A stretch of DNA of 64,000 nt from Octopus sinensis (lineage: Eukaryota): NCBI RefSeq assembly GCF_006345805.1, contig NC_043009.1, positions 69,688,001 through 69,752,000 on the forward strand. The letters run 5' to 3'. Below the pieces are notes generated by a model. The model was not told the origin of the DNA. It was given only the letters and a program-made list of their open reading frames with translations, and did not search any database. This document shows, piece by piece, positions 12,285 to 25,601 of this stretch. The position numbers and the translations under genes are program-made. Position 1 is the stretch's first letter. Every line of letters begins with the position of its first letter.

Positions 12285-13170
12285 ACACTCTCGGTCCACT
12301 GTCATCTGTTTGTATGAAGTGATACTTGAGTGACTACTGCAGAAAGTAGATGCTGGAAGGTGCCTCCGTGGAAGCAGGAGAGCTGTGTGGGCAGAGGCAG
12401 ATGACATCAACGTAATTGTATCGGACAGCACAGAGCCTGTGTGACTGGAACCGTTTTTTAAAGGAACAGGAGCCGATGACAGGAGCAAAACTTAACTGGG
12501 ACAGCGAAGTTGGGTCTAAATCTGCTGACAGTTTAAGTTTCTCAAAGTCTAGTTCCAGTCGGAATTCAAGGCTGCCAGGAAGTGGGAAGATATCAACAGG
12601 CTGTCCCGTTTAACCCAGAAAGGAGCGGAACGGAAGCCATCCCTGAAAAATGACACAGGACTGGCGAAGCATACAACGACCCCTTTCATATTTTACCGCT
12701 TGACCGTCGTGCCATACTTGTGGTTTCATCTATTCTTGTGGAAGGGAATCGTTTTTCAGGGATTCAGTTGGAGTCAACTTCCTTTGTGTAGAGAATTCGG
12801 GGCGCGGTGGCTGGTGATGCGCAGGCATCAACATTCAAAGAAATGCCTGGATGATTATCAGTTGAGATATTCACCATGAAAGGCATATTTTCCAACAGTG
12901 TTGAATTGTGGGCAAAGTGAAAAGACTGGGTGCGTAGCAATGGAATGGTGAGAGGCTTCACAAATCCCGGCCAGTTCCAAACTGTAGCCTGTAGATCTCC
13001 TGCGAAAGTATTCTATGGGGAAATAAGGGTAGAGAAATGCGATAATATGGGTTGCAACATTTGTTGCTGAGTTGTTGTTGAGGTGTTTCTATTCTTATCG
13101 TTTCCTCAAGTAGTTTTTGATTGAAAAGATTGATTGCTAAAGACAATCGTGCTGAGACTAAACCGTCCTT
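12285..13170 (+). mobile_element. L1/Tx1-clade LINE ORF2 fragment (RT C-terminal part and downstream)
   Basis: Frameshifted remnants LE*LLQKVD..AEADDINVIVSD (YADD box), MTGAKLNWDS, LTQKGAERKPSLK, FYRLTVVP and LFLWKG. The same motifs occur at 41340-42330. Confidence 0.8.
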
Positions 13171-13235
13171 TTCTTTATCACGTAATGTTCCATATATATG
13201 TGTGTGTCTGTGTGCATGCATGCGTATTTTATATT

Positions 13236-13280
<45 letters not shown>

Positions 13281-13283
<3 letters not shown>

Positions 13284-13658
13284 TGTCGTGGCATTCCGTC
13301 GGTTACGACGACGAGGGTTCCAGTTGATCCGATCAACGGAACATCCTGCTCGTGAAATTAACGTGCAAGTGGCTGAGCACTCCACAGACACGTTTACCCC
13401 TGACGTAGTTCTTGGGGAGATTCAGCGTGACACAGAGGGTGACAAGGCTGGCCCTTTTTGAAATACAGGTACAATAGAAACAGAAAGAAAAAGTGAGAGA
13501 AAGTTGTGGTGGAAGAGTACACCAGGGTTCACACCACCTCTCGCCGGAGCCTCGTGGAACTTTAAGTGTGTTCGCTCAATAAACACAGCGCCCGGTCTGG
13601 GAATCGAAACCACGATCCTACGACCACGAGTTCGCTGTCCTGAGCCATTGCGCCTCCA
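13281..13658 (-). mobile_element. SINE family A, tail type 2 (copy 1 of a tandem pair)
   Basis: Same head and core as 714-1020, but a different ~200-nt tail shared with 40391-40750. Confidence 0.9.
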
Positions 13659-13683
13659 CACACACACACAACACACACACACA

Positions 13684-14062
13684 CATTGTCGTGGCATTCC
13701 GTCGGTTACGACGACGAGGGTTCCAGTTGATCCGATCAACGGAACATCCTGCTCGTGAAATTAACGTGCAAGTGGCTGAGCACTCCACAGACACGTTTAC
13801 CCCTGACGTAGTTCTTGGGGAGATTCAGCGTGACACAGAGGGTGACAAGGCTGGCCCTTTTTGAAATACAGGTACAATAGAAACAGAAAGAAAAAGTGAG
13901 AGAAAGTTGTGGTGGAAGAGTACACCAGGGTTCACCACCACCTCTCGCCGGAGCCTCGTGGAACTTTAAGTGTGTTCGCTCAATAAACACAGCGCCCGGT
14001 CTGGGAATCGAAACCACGATCCTACGACCACGAGTTCGCTGTCCTGAGCCATTGCGCCTCCA
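13684..14062 (-). mobile_element. SINE family A, tail type 2 (copy 2 of a tandem pair)
   Basis: Matches 13281-13658 apart from one visible 1-nt indel, and shares the same A-box deletion. Confidence 0.9.
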
Positions 14063-15102
14063 CACACACACACACACATATATCACAGAGTAGAAATACG
14101 TACACTTGGTCATGGACACGTTGCTATGAAGTGCATAGTAAGGCACCCATATCCCCAGGGTAAAGTAAAACAGGAAAAAAAAGCAAGCAATATGTCGTAA
14201 GTTTGTGTAATTATCGTGGGAAGTGTTCGCGCTTATTGAAATTCGTGTTACGTAAGTTGCGCTAAAATAACGTTGTTTACCAATGCCATTGTTGGTTTCC
14301 AGAGATTTTTTTTTTTTGCCTAAAGCCAACTAAAGAGACAAAAGAAACAGTCATAAGAGAAACTGCGACAAAAATAGCTTCAGTACAGTTTTGTTAGCTT
14401 TTATGAGATGTGCTTAATAATTTAGAGTCCAAGTCTTTGGGCGATAATAGTAGCGCTTCTCTAATTGAAATCTACACACCAGGGAAAAATACATCTTAGA
14501 AAGAAAACTAAAATTCAACGAAAACACACGAAAATTATTTCAGCATTAGTAGCTATTAGAAGCTATTTTGCAAACACAGTGTTTGATGCAATGTTAATTA
14601 TCTGTAAGTAATGGTAGTCTTTGCGAGGGTGAGGGAGAACATTGGCAAATTAGAAAAACAGTGGAGTTCTTTAAAAAAATATTTAAAGAGAAATAAAAAG
14701 TATAAAAAAGGATAGAATAAAAAAGAAAACAGATCTTTGGCAAGTTAATGTCTCGTTGTTTACATGTAAATATAGGTACTTTTTTGAATTTTTGTTAAGT
14801 ATCATGTCTGAAATTCTCCAGAATTTGAAACATATACGTAAGAAAAAAAACAAAAACACATAAATGAAAGCAGCTTTCCGAAGTATAGTTTAAAGAATTT
14901 AGAAAGCAGATCGGAGAATGCTACGCAAAAACAATCAGAAGAAATATGGATGGGAATATGTTTTGATGTGATTCTTGTTTTCCCTCTTAACTATTTCTTT
15001 CGTATGCTATATATATATATATATAATATATATATATATATGTATATGTATACATATATATAAACACGTGTTTGCATGTGTGTGTGTGCGTGTATATGCA
15101 TG

Positions 15103-15136
<34 letters not shown>

Positions 15137-15378
15137 CACATTATGTGTGAAGTGATTGATTGACTGATTGATATCATATCAATTAGATGTCGTCAACTCG
15201 TTGAGTCAAGGACTTTTTTTATGATTGCAATCACAAAGAATGGTACCCTAAAGCCAAAAATTTTTTCCATGTAGGTTTTGAAGTGATATAGCAAAGAAGC
15301 TATTAATGGCATCTCAAATATGAAATATGATATAATATTATACATATATATTATAGTATAATATATATATATATATAT

Positions 15379-15412
<34 letters not shown>

Positions 15413-16363
15413 GTGTGTGTGTGTGTGTGTATGTGTGTGTGATTGTATGTGTTTACGCATATATATTGTTTGTCGTGTCAAGCATATTTCCAGGGATACA
15501 TTTTGTTCTGCTATTTTCCATTGAGACTTCTGGTAGCATCCGCCGCAGTTTTTATGCTTCCAGCCTTGAGGGCAAAATGTTGAAAGTTATGTTCCGAGTG
15601 CAGACCAGGATCAAATCCTTTCAACGATGTCAATTCTCTCAGATGCATCCAACAGCAAAATAAAATAATTCTTCTTAGGGATAACCAATCTACGTGGAAT
15701 TTATACCAATAACACACAAACGACACTTGAACCTTCTACTATAGAAGACTTTGTCTGATGACCGTAGGCCATCGTAGGAGGGAGAAATTAGCAAAGTAAC
15801 ATCAATTTTAATCATTCACAAAATAACCAATTAAGGAACTTTAGTTTCGGCAATAATGGTCCCGGTATCACCCAGCTGCTGGAAGATTGTCAAGGCTAAA
15901 CTAGATTAAATTAGAAAAATACATAAGGACATTGCCTTTGAGTTTGTCTGTGAATCTGGTTAATTCACATGGCGCGTTTAAATGGTTAAACTCTTAGAAG
16001 GGAGTGAATAAACAAACTTCAATGAAACAATAAAACAAACATTTCATTATGCATATAAAAGCAGCGAGTGTAGTTCTTTGGGAGCAACTGACAACCGTTT
16101 CTCTAAATCATGTGGTAGATATTATTCAGATGAAAGGACAAACAGCAACATCAGCAAATTTATATAGAAGTGGGAGAGATAGGAACATATATATATAGAG
16201 AGAGAGAGGGAGGAGAGAGAAAGAGAGAGAAGGAAAAGATTTAAGAATAAAGCTAATGCTTGATTGATGCTGCCTATTAAAGTACTTTATATGAGAACCT
16301 CGATTGTTCTCAGCGGGATTTGAAATCAGAGCGTAATCAGCCAGAATAACTCAAGGTTTGTCA

Positions 16364-16400
<37 letters not shown>

Positions 16401-16676
16401 TACTGAAATTTTATTATACAAGCTTTAGGCTATTTCTATATATAATACGAATTCAATTTGACATAATCTTTGCTTGTGAGAATATATTTTGGAATTTGAA
16501 AACAAATTATAACCAAATTATATCATAAATCGACAAGAACAGAATTATTATTATTATTATTATTATTAAAATACATTTTTTAGTGTATGTTCCGTACATA
16601 CGTAATACGCCCAAAATAAACTTATGTTGTGTAGTATATAGCATACATACATACATGTATATTTGTATATGTATTC

Positions 16677-16709
<33 letters not shown>

Positions 16710-19373
16710 ATATGAATGTATGTATCTATCTATACATACATACGTACATACGGAACACATATTAGCATCTATACATGCAAAGAATTCATTCAGCCAACAC
16801 TACTAGCATTTCACTTAGTCTGCTATTTACCACCTTGGAAACCTCACATGACCAATGTTTGCAAAGGAAGGAAACTAGAATAAAAGAGAATCAAAATTAA
16901 TATGTTAACTGTATCATACATGTGTGTGTGTGAGAGAGACGGAGAGAGAGAGAGAAAGAGAGAGAGAGTGCATGTGTGTGTGTGTGTGTGTGTATTTGAA
17001 AATAGTAAATGGTGGATTCGTTAGTGGGTCGGACAGAATAACTTGTACTTGGTACAGCTTCGAAGCTGTCCATATTCTACGCCTTTTATAACTCTAGTGG
17101 TCGATAGATAAAGTACCCCTCACAGTAGTGGGTTCTTCTCTCACCGCCTGAATTCCTCTAGAATATATCTGTAATTCAAAGCTCAGCTATTGTTAGATTG
17201 TGTGTCACGCTGATTCGTCGCGAACATTGCTTTATCGAGACACGATTTTTGCTCAATTACTCAGCTACTCACGACTCAGTTACGCAAATATGAAATCAAT
17301 CAGTTATCAAAGAGAATGTCGAAATTCGGAATCGACGCAGACTTTACCGAATAAATGCCCGTGGAACGAAAGATGAAGATGTCGTAAAGTAATATGAGAT
17401 AAACAAGCAGATTAAAGTAAATGCAGTGAACGGAAGTTAAATGCTACCGTTCCGTATAGAAAAAAAAAGATTGGATCGTATAAGGCAGTGATTGTTAACT
17501 ATCTTTTGTTTACGAACCCTGTTGATTCCTATTTTACACGAACAGAGACACATAACCATTCCATATTTAAAAAAAATTCTACAGTTTTTTCATAATTATA
17601 CATTATTAAGAATTGCCGGAAGTAGAACCAATTTATTGCAGACAAACTTTAAAAACAAAATCGTATTTAGAAAGGTGATTGTCATATTGACCCCGGTTGA
17701 AAAACTACTGATATAAATAATGCATTTTTCTATGTTAAATGCGTGACAAAAGAACTTGGTGGAGGATTTACCAGCAATGTCTTTGGTCATATATGAAGAC
17801 TACAACAGGCTCAGGAATTTCCCCAAATCTGGAAATACCGCGAAAATCATAGGAATTCCTTCCTTCCTTCTACTGGCTTAATTATAAATATAAAATCGAC
17901 TTTATTGGCACCTTACACTTAAGTTTTTCCGTAAGTTTCTCAGTCCATTTGTGGAGGTCATTAGACAAATGGATAAAGTGGAGTTGTATAATTAAGTGAA
18001 TCGATTTAAGACAACGGTTCGCAATCTTTTAATTACAATCTGTTCCAGTAAATAAATATACAAAAAGTATATACACAAATATATACAATTTGATAAAGTT
18101 GACATTTTGTAAGTTTCTTGGGAAAATATCGCTCATGATGCGTTTCCGGTGGATATAGTACGGCAGCCATTTAGTCTGCACATTGACATTTTGTAATCTA
18201 CTTCAAAAGTAAAATATGCTTTCGAGACCCTTTCAAAATTATACTGCGATCCAATTCTGGATTGCAACCAATGTTCTAAGAAGCTATAGTTGCAGTAGTA
18301 ATTTTATTGGTCTCAGGTAGATGAAATGATGAATGTTTAAACGAAAAGTATTTAAAAAAAATTGAATCTTAAGAGAGGAAATTTAGAGCTCATGAAATAT
18401 TACAGTTGGTAACCATTTCTGAAGACGCAACCTTCGAAGTCACTAAAGGAAAATACGTCAAGACATTGCTGCATTGCATCGGGGTGGCGGGGCTTGGAAC
18501 ATGGCTTTGAAGAAAAGGCAAAAATAACATCACCAAGCTATGGCTTTCGTGATTTCAAAATGAAATATTTATTCAACTGCTGATGCAACATGTAACCTTG
18601 TTATCATTAATCACCTTTTCCCAGAGAACCGCTGTGCGTGCGCTTCCTCGCGTGTGTGTGTGTGTGTGTGTGTGTGTGTATCCATGACGTCTTCAGGAAA
18701 TTTCTTGTAAAAGAAGACTTGCACAAAATATAAATAACAAAAAAAAAAAGAAGAAAAAAAGAACACTGGATACAAGAAAGTAAATATTACATCGAGCAAG
18801 AATAAGAGAACGCTTTTTTGAAACGAGCGAAATGTAAAGATTAATTTTATGTCTAATTCAAAATTTCAAAATGTATTCGAAGAGAGAGAAATAAGGGAGG
18901 AAAAAAATAACAAAAAGGAAAGAAATACACAAACAAACAGCGAGTAGTCCTTTATTTCCATTTGGGTCTCAAAGATGTCATCTGTTTCCTTTTCGTCTTT
19001 TAATAAACTATTTTCATGTCAAATTTTCGAGCTCCTCTCGAGAGTATAAATATTCCTTAATTTACCGTGCTGTATTTCTGAAATAATTCATTGAACTCCA
19101 CATAGAAATCTATTCTTTCCTTGACAAATGAACCATATCCGACTTCGAATACTTACAACAACTCTCATAACTAAATTAAGATTTATAATACGTCTATAAC
19201 TTCGCTCTGTTAATTTGTTTATTGCATTCGTTATGAAGTAATGATAATGAAAATAGAAGATAAATTAATCATCCGGTGATTCCCTATCGATCGTTCCTTG
19301 TCCACTTCCAAATAAAGAGAACACTGTGTTCACTGATGGCGAACGTAAGTCTAACATAGAAGCACACACGTGA

Positions 19374-19428
<55 letters not shown>

Positions 19429-19842
19429 CGTGTATATGTACATATATATATATATTATGTATGTATATGCATATGAACACCCCCCATATATATAATATGC
19501 ACATATATATATGTAAATGTATATGTGTATATATCTTTAAATCTTAAAATTGCTTCAGCTTTAAAGCTGCGGTCATGCTGGGGCACTACTGTTGACTGTG
19601 CAACTCCATTTTTTGAAACATTTCCTCTGACATGTGGCATTTGGCGAATAAGGGAATTTGATGCTTCTGCCCTCATCTGTGTTTCCTGTCGTGAGGTAGA
19701 CTCATCTGAAAGCCTTGACACGAGGAGATCCAGTTTTGTTTTGATCACACACACATATATGTATACATGTAAGCTCATATATATAGACGTACATACAAAC
19801 GCATGCACACGTATGTACATGTGTGTGTGTGTCTGTGTATTT

Positions 19843-20990
19843 ACTGGGTCAACCCATAAATAATACAGGATTTTTATACTTCTTTTATTTTTCAAAATTA
19901 AGGTAAACAAAGTTCTTTTCTAACCTAAAATATGTCCTCCTTCGTTTTCACCAATGCTCTTACATCTATCTGGTTGACTTGCAAGGCCCTTCTTCCAAGA
20001 ATCACTTGTCCCTGACGAAAAATACTCCTCCAGCACTGTTCTGACTTTTTTTTTTTTTTTCTAGTTTCAGCTCAGAATTCATATTTTTTCTGTCCAAATG
20101 ATTTTGAAGACTTCTGAATGAATGATAATTAGATGGGGCAATGTCCGGCGAATATGGTGGGTGGAGCATCATTTCCCATTCAATCTGCTCCAGTCTTTTG
20201 GAATGTCATCCTTGCTGTATGTAGCCGAGCATTATCCCGATGGAAGAACACCTTTCCTCTTGAAACCAAAGATGGTCGTTTTTCTTCTAGCGCTGACTTA
20301 AGCCGCTCAAGATGCTCGCAGTAGATCTCCTTTGTTATCGTTTGGTTTGGGTTTAAAGTTCGAAGTAGACTAAACCTTTCATATCCCACCAAACAGATAA
20401 TAACACCTTACATGAGTGATGGCCTTCTTTAGCCTAGGATGTCAGTGTTTCTCCTTTCCCTGCCTACTGTCTTCGGCGCTTGACATTTTTATAGAGAACT
20501 CATTTCTCGTCACCAGTCACTATTCGGTCTAAAAAAGGTTCATTTGTGAGATTTGACAGCAAAGAAGAGCACACATTCACTCTCTGCGCTCGATTAGACA
20601 CGGAAAGTTTGTGAGGAACACATTGATCCAATTTGCTGACTTTCTGATGACACGCAGGTATCGATGAATGGTTGAGTGACCAAATCCAAGCTTCTCTGCT
20701 AGTTCCTCAACAGTTACGACGGGATTTTCTTGCACCAGGATTTACAGGACATACTCGTTAGTCCCTATAGATCTTCCAGGACGAGGTTCGTCTTCTAGAC
20801 TGTAGCTTCCGGCTCGGAATTTTTGGAACTACCATTGACAGTGGCTTACTCTTATTGTCCGATCCCCATACGCTGCATTAATATTCCTCGCACTTTCCGT
20901 TGCGTTGTTGCCTTTATTGAACTCCAAAAACAAAATATGCCGAATATGTTCCTTTGTCACCTCCTTTGTAGTTTTGAAAAAATAACTGTT
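19843..20990 (-). mobile_element. Degenerate mariner (D,D34D) transposon 1
   Basis: Minus-strand remnants at about 19920-20965: HIRHILFLEFNKGNNATESARNI, (W>C)VPHKL, DRIVTGDEK*VLY, VWWDMKG, FHRDNARLH, HPPYSPDIAPSNYH (third D to N). Several stops and frameshifts. TIR-like CTGGGTCAACCCATAAATAAT after TA at the left end; right TIR not found. Confidence 0.92.
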
Positions 20991-21331
20991 AAAATCGAAC
21001 TGTGCTCTTCAAAATTTGCACTAAGAATAAATACAAGTTTAAATTACTACCTGCTTTTATAGCAAATATACGCAGTTTATCCCGTCCCCACAAGATTTAT
21101 CTTTTGATTACTAATTATCTGGCCGTAACCGATTTCTACCTCCAGTTTGAAGAGGTATATGCTCTCCGCCATTGAACTCTGACGAGTCGTTCATAGAGCT
21201 ACGGGGCTTATGGATGCGAAACTACTGGTCACTCTATGACCAGACATATACTTAACATTATATAAATACATTACTGCTTTATGCTTTAGAATGTGCTTAT
21301 TTTTCGGTATATGATACACTGACGAGATATA

Positions 21332-21363
<32 letters not shown>

Positions 21364-21378
21364 ATATACATATATATA

Positions 21379-21641
21379 TCACGTGATCACGTGACTGACC
21401 AGGCTATCAGATGTTGTTACACATCGCTGGTCACAATGCTCTTCACATTGTTTTAGCCTTCAAATGACGCCACCCCGCTGGCTAAGCGAGCAGGCCAACA
21501 GAAGAAAGAGTGAAAGTTGTGACTCGTGGAGCTTTAGGTGTTTTCGCTCAATAAACACCCACAACGCCCGGTCTAGGAATCGAAACCGCGATCCTCCGAC
21601 CGCGTGTCCGCTGCCCTAACCACTGGGCCATTGCGCCTCCA
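21379..21641 (-). mobile_element. SINE family A, tail type 1
   Basis: Aligns with 714-1020 along its length, with a short internal deletion; flanked by (AT)n. Confidence 0.9.
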
Positions 21642-22249
21642 TATATATATATAACAGATGTCAGAGAAAGAAAGAGAAGAAAGTGCGTATGTGTATCGAG
21701 TAACAACGTAGGCGAAAGTACAGAGTGATAAAAAAAGTAGAATTAGTATTTGATGCTTCGGATTTATTTGTAGTTGGTCAGAGAAAAAAGCAAGAGAATG
21801 GGGGGAAAAACAATAAAGACAAAGCTCATAGAATAACCAAAACTTCCATATTAACGATGAAAACCTGTTTGTTAGAAATACGATCGTGTACCAGAGATAT
21901 AACAGGGTATTTTATGATATCTACTTTATATTTTCATGCTCAACAAATCGTGAATTAGAATGTGTGAAAAGAATTTAAATACAATAAATCAAGGATTTGG
22001 GAGAAATATAAGAACTTAAATACATTCGTTTTGTGAATTTGATGTACGAAAAAAGAGAAGGGAGTCTCCTGACGGACAGTTTTGGTGACCGCTCCTCACA
22101 GAAGATTTACTCGGTTTCTTTTCCCCAATCAACAGCATAGAACACTGATCTAATGTATAAAGTGGTCAAACATTCTACCATCACTGTAGTTATAGTCTAA
22201 TTTGCATATGTGTGGTTTTGACGGTTTGTCATAAACAATGTTGCCATTA

Positions 22250-22285
<36 letters not shown>

Positions 22286-22287
<2 letters not shown>

Positions 22288-22497
22288 GGCGGCAAGCTGG
22301 CAGAATCGTTAGCACGGTGAGCAAAATACTTAACACATTTAGTCCCACTATACGTTCTGAGTTCAAATTCCCCCGACGTCCTCTTTGTCTTTCATCCTCT
22401 TGGATTTATAAAATAACAGCTGAAGACCAGAGACGATGTAGTCGGCTTATTTGCCTCCCCCCAAAATTGCTGGCCTGGAGCTAAAATTTGAAATCAA
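22286..22497 (+). mobile_element. SINE family C, tail type 2
   Basis: AAGGCGGCAAGCTGGCAGAATCGTTAGC head, GAGTTCAAATTCC B box, and tail ccccaaaattgctggcc... shared with 25079-25296. Confidence 0.8.
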
Positions 22498-23204
22498 TAA
22501 TACACAAACAATAATATATATAGTTTGTGTATTATTGATTTCAAATATATATATATATATATATATATATAGATATATATATATATATATATATATATAT
22601 CTGTAAATATAAAACCATCCAGATTTCTGAGTACCTCATTTCTCTAATATATGATACCTGTACATCATCTCCAACCTTCTAATATATATATATATGGCAG
22701 CGGTCTAATGACTAAAACGGGTAACAGGTAAAAGATAAGATATATATAATATTGTCTTTCTTTCTTATATTTCTTAAATTTTATACATTTCTTTCCCAAA
22801 TAGCTTTGAGCGCAAGAAGTACTTTGAGTTTAGCGTATCAATATAACAAGCACTTTCTATAAGTCAGTTTTAAATTCCTTTTCTTCTGCCGATTTCGTGG
22901 ATTTGAGAGTTCATTCAGTCAAGATCTTTTATAGCTATTGTAGCATAACACATTTTGCCCTTATCGAATAATGCCTTTTGTAAATATGGCAAGCAGACGA
23001 ATGTAGAGTCTGTTGAGTTTCCAATAAGAAAATGCCAATTGATTCTCTGAGACGATGTCATTGATAGAGACCCAACCCAGGATTGAAACTAATCCGCTGG
23101 AATCCTACTTTCTGTCCATGCAAAGAGATAATGATTATACCTGTCGATAACACAGTGTTTTCTTAAAGTACGTTGAATTATTTCTGCATTTAGTACATAC
23201 TTAT

Positions 23205-23347
23205 ACCTACCTACCTACCTACCTACCTACCTACCTAACTACCTACCTACATACCTACCTACCTGCCTGCCTGCCTGCCCACCTACCTACCTACATTCCT
23301 ACGTGCCTGCCTACCTACCTACCTACCTACCTACCTACCTACCTACC
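23205..23347. repeat. (CCTA)n/(CCTG)n tetranucleotide array
   Basis: Directly visible; continues at 23578-23608 beyond the SINE. Confidence 0.95.
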
Positions 23348-23579
23348 TATTTCTCTACTACCCACAAGGGGCTAAGCACTGAGGGGACAAACAATGACAG
23401 ACAAACGGATTAAGTCGATTACATCGACCCCAGTGCGTAACTGGTACTTATTTAATCGACTCCGAAAGGATGAAAGGCAAAGTCGACCTCGGCGGAATTT
23501 GAACTCAGAACGTAGCGATAGACGAAATACTGCTAAGCATTTCGCCCGGCGTGCTAACATCACTGCCAGCTCGCCGCCT
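23348..23579 (-). mobile_element. SINE family C, tail type 1, inside a (CCTA)n array
   Basis: Full-length match to 6821-7042, with (CCTA)n on both flanks. Confidence 0.9.
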
Positions 23580-23884
23580 ACCTACCTACCTACCTACCTA
23601 CCTACCTACACACACACATATGTGGGGTTGTGTATGGTTGTTATAGCATTGAAGGAGAGCACCTTTGACGAGCCCTTCGTTTATTAAGTCGCTGCCAAGA
23701 AGTGCGTTGTATAAACTCGCCATCCGATTGAAAACCATTGGAAATTGTGGGATTGTAATAAGTTATTCTACAGACAATTGAAAGAAGTCCAAATGAAATC
23801 CCAGCCAGACTAAAGGTAGTTTGGGTGAAGTGATCCTTCTTTTAGTGACTACGAAGATATTGCATATAAAGACAAGATGCTTAC

Positions 23885-23971
23885 TTCTGTTGAAAATCTA
23901 CCAATGCTATTTTGTTGCGCAAAACAGCATTGAAAATAATATCATTTCCACGAACAGCAATACTCATTACA
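23885..23971 (-). CDS. Candidate downstream exon (possible beta-propeller blade)
   Basis: ttacttttatcag| and |gtaagc splice sites. Only one frame is open (phase 2 to 2): VMSIAVRGNDIIFNAVLRNKIALVDFQQ. It cannot join exon C directly because of phase, and it lies across the N gap. Confidence 0.4.
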
Positions 23972-24229
23972 CTGATAAAAGTAATAAGATAACAACACAA
24001 ACACAAAACAAAACCAGTGCTTCATTGAAAGAGCCGAGGCAATATTACACCATACAATTTGAAACCATGAATATCAACGCTATCAATAATTTCAATGCAT
24101 AAACTCTCAACGCACAGACACGAAACAAACAGTTACTGCAACATCATAAACCATAGGCGTACACACCAACACAGACACACACAGAGAGACGTAAAGTGTG
24201 GGTGTAGATGTGTGTCGATATACATACAC

Positions 24230-24267
<38 letters not shown>

Positions 24268-24703
24268 CATCACACTCGTTTAGTACTGGAACAATTATCG
24301 ATGAAATAAATAAATAAAACATGCGTTATTTAATGGATTAACTCATTAACTGATGAAGATACATTAACTCGTTTAAATTTGTTGATTAAGCAGTGATATA
24401 TCGATACAGAGTCATAGGATATTACGCACAGAGGATAATCACATAGCCACCATGCATATATAGCACACTTACATACGCACTCACATATGTATCTACATTA
24501 TATATCCATATCAAAATATGTAAATATAAGCGTATACACACACAACACACATACATACACACACACACATATATATATATATATAATATATATATACATA
24601 CAGACACACAGACACGTACAAATATGTATATACGTATTCAAATACACACACTCATATGGATGTAAGTATATGAATGAATGCACATGCGTGTATGCATTAA
24701 TGT

Positions 24704-24742
<39 letters not shown>

Positions 24743-25078
24743 GGCAAACTTTTATGTATATGTATTTCTATGTGCGTAACCTGATTTGATAAATCGCTCT
24801 AAATCTCGCTGCCGATTGTATAATTTCGTTGATGGCCCGGCATGTGCTGCCATGGAACGCAAAACGAACAGCAAGCAGCAAGCGGAACCCTTTTCCCCCA
24901 ATGTTGATCATATACAAGCTTGGTCGACATTTGTTGTTTGTTCGCTTAGAATAACGATCCGTTTAGAGATAAAGGTAAATGGTGGTAGGGGTGAATGTGA
25001 AACTCTGCCTGATTATACAGTGCCGTGTGCCATTTCTAAACGTTACCATAATTCTTCTTCAAATTTTGGTTAATGATT

Positions 25079-25501
25079 AAGGCGGCGTGCTGGCACAAAC
25101 GTTAGCACTCCGGGCGAAATGCTTAGCAGTATTTCGTCTGTCTTTACGTTCTGAGTTCCAATTCCGCTGAGGTCGACTTTGCCTTTCATTCTTTCAGGGT
25201 CGATAAATTAAGTACCAGTTGCGTACTGGGGTCGAGCTAATCGACTGGCCACCCTCCCCTAAAATTTCTGGCCTTGTGCCTAGAGTAGAAAAGAATTTTA
25301 AAATAATGCTAAGGCGGCGAAATGACAGAAACTTTAGCACACCAGGCGAAATGGTTAGCAGTATTTCGTCCGTCTTTACGTTCTGGGTTCAAATTCCGCC
25401 GAGGTCGCATTTGCTATTCATTTTTTCGGGGTCGATGAAAATAAGTACAGGTTGAGCAGTGGGATGGATGTAGTCAACGTATACCCCACCCCTAAAGCTT
25501 C
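25079..25501 (+). mobile_element. Two tandem family C SINEs (25079-25296 and 25311-25501)
   Basis: Two AAGGCGGCG heads 232 bp apart, clearly diverged from each other; the second runs into the N gap. Confidence 0.85.
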
Positions 25502-25601
25502 NNNNNNNNNNNNNNNNNNNNNNNNNNNNNNNNNNNNNNNNNNNNNNNNNNNNNNNNNNNNNNNNNNNNNNNNNNNNNNNNNNNNNNNNNNNNNNNNNNN
25601 N
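25502..25601. other. Assembly gap (100 N)
   Basis: Run of N; the round length suggests a placeholder of unknown true size. Confidence 1.

Noticed and set aside
13736-14329. 197-aa minus ORF with a hydrophobic stretch
   Set aside because: It runs through a poly-A tract, a microsatellite and a whole SINE.
17596-17790. ORF containing STGVNMTITF, superficially CUB-like
   Set aside because: It lacks the CG and GF motifs and proper splice borders.
17907-18031. 41-codon open frame with AG/GT borders on the minus strand
   Set aside because: Weak acceptor, composition unlike the extracellular protein, and phase incompatible with the neighbouring candidate; expected by chance given the number of sites scanned.
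21000-21330. Right-hand TIR of mariner 1
   Set aside because: No convincing reverse complement of CTGGGTCAACCCATAAATAAT was found, so the boundary is left approximate.
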